In this document: positions 48,719 to 57,626 of the stretch, in pieces
Position numbering within the stretch: position 1 is the first letter of the stretch
Layout: every line of letters begins with the position of its first letter
From: Perkinsus chesapeaki ATCC PRA-425
Taxonomy: Eukaryota; Protista; Perkinsozoa
Reading direction: 5' to 3'
DNA length: 61,667 bases
Assembly (NCBI GenBank): GCA_013115145.1
Contig: JAAPAO010000151.1
Coordinates: 1-61,667 of the forward strand
Notes under the pieces: generated by a model
Seen by the model: the letters and a program-made list of their open reading frames with translations, nothing else
Databases searched by the model: none
What the model was told of the DNA's origin: nothing
Position numbers and translations under genes: made by a program

Positions 48719-50328
48719 TTATTCAAGATGGGAGTAACCATTCTGTGAGGAACCGATCGCCGAAACACCCTTCGGCTTCCGGACGTGCGCCTCTGCGTCG
48801 GCGACGTAGACGTCGGCCTCGCCACGCGCGTCCTCCTAAAGACAAAAAAACAAGTCGCGATCGTAGTTGGCTTTATCTTACGGGAGCTGCTCGAAGCTCA
48901 TTGGCCTTCTCAGCCTCGCGAGTATCATTAGTAGGAATCAGAGGTTCAGTCGAGCGCCTAAGATTAACGAAATGACAAGACCAGGAAATGAACCAGGGTC
49001 GTTAGAACTAAAGACGAACGCTCTACCGCTACGCCATAGAAGACTTACTCTGCGTCAGGTAGGCCTGCATCAGGGTTTGATTGTTCTTGCTGGACAATCT
49101 CTGGCGTTTGCACTTTCGGCAAAACTGCTGTTCCCTGGACGACCGGTGTGGCGGTCGCAGTTGCTACCGCTGGTTGAGGAACTTCTATCTTTGCTACCAT
49201 TTCTGGTATGGTTTGTGACAGAGCGTCGACACAATCACGGTTCTGTGTAACCGTCGAGGAGAAGTACTGCGACAACTGAGGGAAAGAGCTTTTGAATACG
49301 AGCTGCTTGCACGAAGAAATGTGAACATCTTTCGAGTAGCCGTAGAAAATACACTCTAAGAGGAGATCTACAGATCGACGATCTAAAATAACGAAGTGAA
49401 AATCGTTATTATTAACGGAAAACCTAATTTATAATTTTCATGGGAAGCATGAGATATTCATGCACTCCAAACGTAGGTTCAATTCATGAATCTCCAGTGG
49501 GTCCCGATGAGGTTCAGCTTAAATCTTTTCGTGAATCCCCCTTAGTATAGTTGAATAGTGTAGAGCCTGGGCAGCCAGTGAGCCGGTCAGGCAAGGTAAT
49601 ACGTTTAACCGAATCAGTACGAGTTAAAAACCATTCTCACCGCTTCGACAATTTCCCCGACATCCTTCTGTCGTCGACCGAGTATGTCTTTGATGTCTCT
49701 GTCCACACTGCGATCTAGACGATCGCAGTTCTCCTGTGCTTCTCTGAACTTCACCAGATTCTGCAAAAAATTTAAAATTTCCGGAAAATTTCCAAAAAAT
49801 TTACTCTGTCCAATTTTTCCTTAGCAGAATCTGAGCTCGATCCGTTCTCAACTTTCTTCTGGTATTTCTTCTGCAAGTCATCCGTCTTGACCTCGTAGTG
49901 CTTCACCAATCCGTGCGCTCTATCTCGGTCAGTCAGATCCGTCTGGGCAATGTAAAGAGCGCTCGCGCAGATGATCGATTATATTAACGCTCACCCTTAG
50001 TGTCTTGATTCGGCCGTCCAGTCTGTCAATCTTGCCCTTGGCTCTCCCGAGACATGCTAGAGAGTTTTCACCGCTATGATTGAAATGCGACATTTGCTCC
50101 GAGAACACAGCGAATGCGGCGGAGGTGTCCTGAGTAGGACAGATTTTGCGTGTTATGAAAAATATCTTCTGATAGAAACCTTTCTTTTATTTCTCCTAAT
50201 CTAGAAGCACGTTGATGCTCTAGGTATGCACTCACCTCACTGCCGGCAGTGGACTCTGTGCTAGTGGAGCTCTTCGGGTCGGCTGCCTCCCGAGAGAATC
50301 TTGCAACATTGAGATATCTCGGGTTCAT
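48719..50328 (-). CDS. Coiled-coil protein, BAR-domain-like, with a low-complexity C-terminal tail; multi-exon
   Basis: Exons give KIDRLDGRIKTLRTDLTDRDRAHGLVKHYEVKTDDLQKK and EKAQENCDRLDRSVDRDIKDILGRRQKDVGEIVEA, followed by a P/T/A-rich tail. BAR assignment is by resemblance only. Confidence 0.6.
48973..49045 (-). tRNA. Degenerate full-length tRNA-like sequence filling a 91-nt intron
   Basis: TGGCGTAGCGGTAGAGCG (A box/D arm) ... CGAC-CCTGG-TTCATTT-CCTGG (B box/T arm), inside intron 48958-49048. Confidence 0.5.
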
Positions 50329-50379
50329 CTGCTGCTGATTGGCGGTGATGTGATCGACTTCCGAGGAAAGTTGCTAAAA

Positions 50380-50452
50380 TAGAGGACGCAGAAATGGAAC
50401 CAGAGGCCTTTGGTATACAAAACCGATGCTTTAACCGCTAGGCTATTTCGGC
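50380..50452 (-). tRNA. Pseudo-tRNA, Thr(TGT)-like
   Basis: GCCGAAA-TA-GCCT-AGCGGTTA-AAGC-A-TCGGT-TT-TGT-AT-ACCAA-AGGCC-TCTGG-TTCCATT-...-TTTT. 5' two-thirds tRNA-like; T stem and acceptor 3' strand decayed. Confidence 0.55.
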
Positions 50453-50680
50453 AAATATTCTCACCAGCAACTTGGAGTTGTAGTCCAATAAATCCTTCCT
50501 CTCGCCGACCAGCGGATCCTCATCAAACTCCTTCACGCCGAACATCTGAGCATCTCGCCATAATTTCGCGGCGCGTGACCGTACTCTCTTACCTTCTCCT
50601 TCATACTCCTGAAGGTCTTGTTATCAAACCATGAAGTCATAATGTTAGTAAATTATTAGCAATAACAAATCTGATGGAAA

Positions 50681-50880
50681 GTTTGATAGGAAATATGTTA
50701 CTAGTGATACGGAGGAGGAGATATAATAGAAAGGAGTTTGATAGGAAATATGTTACTAGTGATACGGAGGAGGAGATATAATAGAAAGGAGTTTGATAGG
50801 AAATATGTTACTAGTGATACGGAGGAGGAGATATAATAGAAAGGAGTTTGATAGGAAATATGTTACTAGTGATACGGAGG
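50681..50880. repeat. 55-bp tandem minisatellite, 3.6 copies
   Basis: Identical units start at 50681, 50736, 50791 and 50846. Confidence 0.95.
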
Positions 50881-51466
50881 AAATTAAGTCAAATTTGGTC
50901 TCTCCCAGTAGTAAGCTTTTATAGCTCACTGTGACTCCTCGACAACATATCCTTACCGATCTACGATGACCTACTAGAATTCATACCGACACTTCCACTA
51001 ATTACAATACTTCCCACAATAACACAACAGACGTAATAAAAACGATTAAGTAGTATCAGCAAGTATGAAATCTAGTAATCTTAAACACTCTTGCATTTCC
51101 TCATCGGTCGCCTTCTCCCCATGTCTTTATATCACTCCGAATGAGCGCCTCACAATCACCACTGGTTGCTTGGAAACTGATGAAGGTTCAAAAATAAATC
51201 AAAGACTAACTTTTTCGAGAAAAAACTAATGGACAAATTTGAGCAAATATATTTAATAATCGACGAAATTATCATTTTCATATTTTAGGACGTAATCGAA
51301 ATTATGTGACCAATACAATTGGTCGGAAATATAAGTTTTTGGCACTAAAGCGGAAAATCTGAGAAATACTCGACTCGACTAAACACACATTTTAAAATTC
51401 CCTATGCTGCAATAGAATCAATTTCAAACCGTAAATTCCATTTTTCCCAAAATCCATCCTCCCTTA

Positions 51467-53063
51467 TTACACATCAAATTCGATCTCCTCTTCCTCTCCT
51501 CCACTCTCCTTGTTCAATCTACCACTCATCAGTCTGACGGCCCATTGGGAGCGCTTATTATCGGGACGATCACCGTCAATTCGACCAACTACAAAGATGA
51601 CATTACTGAGCCAGCAAGAGCAGAAAATAACAATTATCAGTTCAAAATAAGGAACATACGGCACTGCTGCATATTTGTAAAATTCATCGACGGCCCTCCA
51701 CCGAGCCGTAAAATTCTTCGAGGACTCGGCACAGGAAATTAGTTCTTCGAAGCAAAAATGATCCCCTCTCGATAGCAGCTTCGGATACCATGACAGACTT
51801 ATCAGCTACTTGCCGTGAGAGACAGACGATACTTCGGGAAATCAAAGATTTCCCACCCCCTGCTGTGAAGGCGAGGAGAGGACACAGACATTCAAGCTCT
51901 GGTAGGCGGCAGAGACGATTATTATTTTTAAGCAATGCTCTTAAACCTATCAAAACCCGGGCAGATGCATCTGTGAATTAAAAGGAGTCCACTTCGATTG
52001 CCAGGCTAAGTTATTGATAATTTTTACTTCTATTACGTTCTTGGATGACTGGTGTCGTTCAATGAACCAATTTTGAACCAAGTCAGATTCGATTCCAGAA
52101 CTGCTTCTTAAGCGTGAAATGCGACACTGGAATCGATTCTGAATCTCCGTATTGATTTAACGAAACGTAAACTTAATTAACGTAATTTTTACATTATTTA
52201 TTTAACGTAAATTTAAATTTTTTTAGGGAGGCTGATGTTGAGAAAGTCAGGGGGCCATCTGGCCCCACAGACATAACTTCCTCAAGAATTGAAGCACCCA
52301 CATGAAATAATTGCTAAAATGTGTTCTTAGGGTTAAGGTTAACATTGTATGCATTCCACCTGAGCCTTCATTACGACATTCTCGCAATCAGCAGCGTATC
52401 CTGTCGAGTTCAAGTCCTTCCCCGATTACATAACCGAAGCCGGTTCCCTTATTACCAGCCAAGTAAGCATACAACGCAACTCGTACTTTCGACCCTTCCG
52501 CAACAATAACGTACCTTGGAAAGGTCCCAGGTTCGATCCCGGCATGCCGCATTATTACTTTGGCTGCAATAATGCCGGCGGCAATCCCAACTGTTTGGTG
52601 AATTCGATACCGAGAGTGGTGTTGACCAACTGAGGCAGCCTCGATACTACTTCATCGCTGACCTCCGGTGGATTGCACAATCTGAAGGAGACCAAGGTGA
52701 CCTAGAAAATATCTTTTGAAGAACAGGCGAGCTAATGTGTGATATATTTCGATCTTCCTTACTTGAGCAAAGTCTCTGCAATTCTCCGCCAATCCTCCTC
52801 GGTGACATCCGATGGTATGCAAGGAGGATACTTTAGGCATCTGAGTTGATAACCAACAGCAGTGAAGCAGAGAAATCATATCGGACCGGGGTGAATCTTT
52901 CCGAAGTGCAATAGGATTGAACATGCTGCGTGGAGGACTGTGGGGTAGAAGGTATCTTTCCCGAGGCATGAAGAAGGATAGTTTCGAATGAAGGAGAGGT
53001 AGCGATATAATAAAACAGTGTCTCGGCGTCCCAAGTTGGACCACGATGAATACTAAATCTCAT
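51467..53063 (-). CDS. Hypothetical multi-exon protein
   Basis: Phase-consistent exons (IPSDVTEEDWRRIAETLLK|SPWSPSDCAIHR; LLLRKGRKYELRCMLTWL|DLNSTGYAADCENVVMKAQ) separated by short GT-AG introns. Ends and full structure uncertain; no family recognised. Confidence 0.45.
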
Positions 53064-54037
53064 AGGGGCTGTGGTGGGAATGATAATCGAATTACCCGTA
53101 AGAATGTTGTTAAGTTATTGAGTTGCATCAGTGCGTCAAATCAATACAATTAAATTAATGAGAGCTATACACTTTAAACTGGAACTTAGATGTATTAAGA
53201 ATTACAATTGACAAGAATAGCGGCGAGACTCTCCAGCAGACCGGTACTAAAGTGTTAGGGATTTCGGGTTATAATACTACAGAGACTAATAGGCTACTAA
53301 CATTCGTTATATAGCGGGAAATGGTAATAAGGAAGGGAAGATCAAACTGGTCACTTCTGATAGAAAAATGGGAATCCAAATTTTAATTGGATTTTCTTAC
53401 CCTTTCGCTGCAACAAGGACATTCCCGCTTTTAGCGGCTCTAAAGAAATCACGATGAGCCTCATCGAGATTGATATCCGGTAAAGATACGGTGAAGCGAC
53501 CTAATTAAGTATCTTAGGTTGAAGCGTGCATGATACTATAACAAGTTCAATAGTTACCTTTCGGGGATTCCATTCCAGGTGGACATTTCTTTTCGTTGTA
53601 GTTTCGCCAAGTCCACCAAGCAGCCGTCAAAGTCACCGCCGCAACCGCGATGAGTATCTTAGGTTGAAGCAGGTCTTTCGTATATAAAAAAGATTCCTCC
53701 ATTATTAATAAAAATCTTTTAGCGGCCTCAAATGATCCCAGGTTCGATCCTCGGTGAGAGCATTTTTAATGTATTTTTCACATTTTTGGTCGCAAATGAA
53801 GGAGCCAGCAATCCCCTTTCTACGGTCGTGAGTGCTACCCTAAACGCATACGACCTCCGATCTAGTCTGAATCACGCGCTGCGTTACCGACATTATAATA
53901 AAATTATATCTCCTCACTTATGAAAATATCTTCGGTGGAAGAATGTTTGGCACCTAAAATATCTCAGCTTGAAGCATGCATCCCGCAAAAGCATCCTAAC
54001 TTGAAGCATGCATTCTCCTCAGTTAGTAATCATCTCT

Positions 54038-56625
54038 ATGGAATCAGCAACAACAACTCCTACCATTTCCACTCCGAGTCCAGCCAACTTCGACCTCACC
54101 TCCACCGACGACAGTTCCGACTCTACGACTCTGGTTGCTCATCATCAGTTGCACCCACTCAATAAGACTTGGAGCTTTTGGTTAATGTATCAAGCTCAAA
54201 CTAAGGTGATCACTTTACCGCTAATTTCTCCATCTGAGCTTTCTTACCTTCAAGACATTTTTATTTTATTTATCATAATTTTGATGCGGGATATCGTCCA
54301 CGTAGACTTTATATTTTTTACTTCAAGTGGACTTAAACATCGTTATTATTTTATTATTGCAAATTGTATTGTTATGATTTTTATGTTTGTGGGAATCTGT
54401 ACCAAAATCGACCGACAGTAGCGACTTTCTAACGGTATAATGTTACTATGCATATAATTTCACCTGTCACTTCTTTGCATTTCACATTGTGCAGTTTTAT
54501 ATGTTATCGGCTCTCTTTCACCCAGTTAGGATCATCTAACCGAGACTAGACCCATCCCTTCTACTGGTTGACTTCGACCATTTTTACCTATACTTTATAC
54601 GGTCGACTTTCCTCTACCCGCCTTCTCTCGCGCCAATGATCTGTCCTTAGTTCTACACTAGTCATTTTTGGAGATTCTCGCCGAATCCAATTTCATAAAG
54701 CTTCTCTCATTTTCGATCGGAGTGACACCATCACTGTGACGTGACTTGCCGGAAAATTTTCGCTCTTCCCTGCTTCCCAAATCTTTTTCTTTTCTCCTTT
54801 TTTGGTGGAGTTCCTAATTCCTCGGTCAGTCGTCCAGTCTGACCTCTCATCCATCTTCAAGTGGCTCACGGTTGTTAATCTTCAAAGTTGTAACATTCTC
54901 ATACGAATAATTTGCTTTCCTACCGTTACTTTATTTACCGTACGTTATACGACACTTCTTCCTCGAACAGCTTGTATAGTCACAAAGCGGCAGTTACGGT
55001 TTTTGTTTTCATTAAGGAATTTCCAGTAAATTTTTTTGTATATTTACCAGCTCCTGATTCTTGCTCCTCTGCCGGAATTTCGCTTTACTGTATTCCCTTG
55101 ATCAAATTTTCATACCAACTTTTCCTCAACTTCTCCCCTCAGGATAAAAAGGATAATTGGAAAAATACACAGAAGAAGATTTTGGACTTTTCCACCGTCG
55201 AAGATTTTTGGCGAATAGTCAACAACGTTTCGGCGCCGAGTCGACTGAGTTATGCTGACTACAGTGTTTTCCGGGATGGAGTATCGCCGATGTGGGAAGA
55301 TCCAGAATGCGCCAAGGGTGGCCGATGGATTGTGGCAGTTGATCGATTTATGAGACGGGATGCCCGTTCGGAGGGCCAGGAGGAGGTGAGCAACTTTTAG
55401 GGGAGATTCGGTTATAATGTGATATCACTGGATTCGTTCCAGGAAAATGCATCGCCATTTTCGGACAATTCTGTTTTATTTTGGGATGGTTCAAATTGCT
55501 GTGGAGAATTTTATGCTTTCGAGTTTAACTCTCAGTTTGGATCGTCTTTCCAGATTTTGTTAATGTCCCTTTCCAGTGCGTACTAGTGTGCGGTTTTGGG
55601 TTGAGCGATATACATGCTGTTTGAAAATATTTTTTATAAGTATATAAATATTATATAAAAATTTGTTGTTAGTTAATATTTTATTTGGGTATTCCGGTTA
55701 GGAAAATCGATGTCAGTTTGGGTCTCTTAGCATTCGTGAATGATGAGGTGCGGTTTACTTTGTGGGGGTATCGAGTCGGAGGTACTGGAGAGAAATAATT
55801 GTTTTAGTTGTCGAGATTAAGATTGGCAGCGTATCTTCTATTTGCGTGAAATGCATGCTTCGAGCAGATTATCGGGGGGAAAGAAACTACTATCTGGATG
55901 AAATGACACAGGAAGATTGTTAGCGAATCTTATATCGATATGGAATGCACGTTTTAAGCTCATTCTTATTGATGAAATGTACGCTTCAAGAAGATATCTT
56001 TTCCCTGTATGGAGTGCATGCTTGAACCTCTTCTCTCAGGCCTTAGACGAGAGCTGGCTTAATGTCGTTTTGTCTCTTATTGGAGGCGCTGCTTATCATG
56101 ATGAAATTCGCGGAGAAGATTTGCCTGTTTGCGGTGGAGTATGTTCCGTCCGAAAATATAATTGCAAAATCGCCCTTTGGGTTGGGACGTCCGAGGAAGG
56201 GTTACTCTTAAAAGCAGGAAAGCAGTTTCGGAAATCCTTGAAGTAAGGGGGTAATCGATCGATTGATCGATTTGGTATAGCGTCTTATTTTGTAATGCTT
56301 GCGAATATTGAACCCGCGAGGGGCCGCATTCGTTGGTCATTCTTACCATGTATATGGAAGAATATACTAGCAAGAAAAGCTATGAGTTATATCAGGGTAT
56401 CTTAGCTTGACGTGCGCAAGATGCAAAATAGCTCATCGTTACTCCTTCAGGCCTCTCATCGATTATATGACCAATTTGGATAACAACACCTCTTCCGAAG
56501 AAGAAAACTCCCGTCGTCCTGCAAGGCCGTCAGTTCGATCGAAATCAATTCAGTTTGAGTTCTTCTCCAATAACATAAAATCGGCTGCTCCTTTGGAGCT
56601 GCCATTCGTCGAGGAGGAAGAATAA
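54038..56625 (+). CDS. eIF4E: Eukaryotic translation initiation factor 4E family protein
   Basis: Exons 54038-54205, 55143-55385, 56040-56242, 56281-56291 (11 nt) and 56432-56625. Motifs HPLNKTWSFW, FSTVEDFW, YSVFRDGVSPMWEDP..GGRW, DESWLNVVLSLIG, KIALW. Confidence 0.92.
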
Positions 56626-57626
56626 TAATACAATCGATCAACTGGGCGCGCGCTAATTGCAAATAGCGTCTGGAGGCGGTTGTTGTATATTTATTATATT
56701 CTATAGTTGCGCACTGTGAAGAATTGAAAGATTCTTTGTGGGAGAATCTTCTTTGCGATGATTGCTAGCTTGAAAGTATCTTAGGTTGATATGAGATGCA
56801 CGGTCGAGGTTATATATAATGTTACTTATTGACATAATCTAGTTATTGGTACAATCTTCGTCTGCGCATATCTTAGCTTGAACCGTGCAAGATACTTTAC
56901 AGGTTAAAGACTGGCTATACAGTAAAACGGTTGTCGATCAGTAGGTGTTATGATGATCGTTACGTATACTTATATTAGCGCTCTTGTTGAGTTGCAGTTC
57001 TTCAATCATTCAAAGAAATATTTTCTCAGGATACTTCGTAAAACCTTTCGACGAACCAATCTCGATGGGAATGCACTGAACTAAAATAAAATCGATTAGT
57101 GTTATGTGGAGTTTCCCGGACAATTTGCTGGCTCATGAAGCAAGCTACATTGTATGTAGGAGATCATAGAGGAGCATCAGAGATCCGTTAGGTCCACGAA
57201 GAAGAAGAAGGAGGAGGAGGAGGAATGCATTTTATATGCCTTTTGGTTTAATAACATCTTCTGGCATGATTTCTTAATGTGGGAATTAACAACACTCTCA
57301 ATACTCAATGGTGGCGCAATCACCTCAGAGGCGATTGCGTCAAAAATGTCTTCCGAGAAATTGATTTCGCCATGAAGGTATAGGTTTGATAATTCCATCT
57401 TTGGACACTTTCACGACGGCAGCTTTCGTACCGACGCCTTCGGTTCACCCAAGTTGGGGGTTGGATTTTATTTCTTGCGGGATGAAACTTTTTATCGAAG
57501 GAAAATTGAGCGGGAAAATTTTCATTTTACACGACTATTCTTTGTATGGGAAATGTTCACGAAGGGGAAAATATTTAACTGAGTCGATTTTCCATTTCCT
57601 CAGTCATCGTTGAATATTATTCTCGA

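Noticed and set aside
50681-50880. CRISPR array (also 12851-12937)
   Set aside because: Head-to-tail identical units without unique spacers; eukaryotic context with no cas genes.
57177-57398. Separate small gene MELSNLYLHGEINF...
   Set aside because: Short protein-like ORF with no recognisable family or supporting exons.
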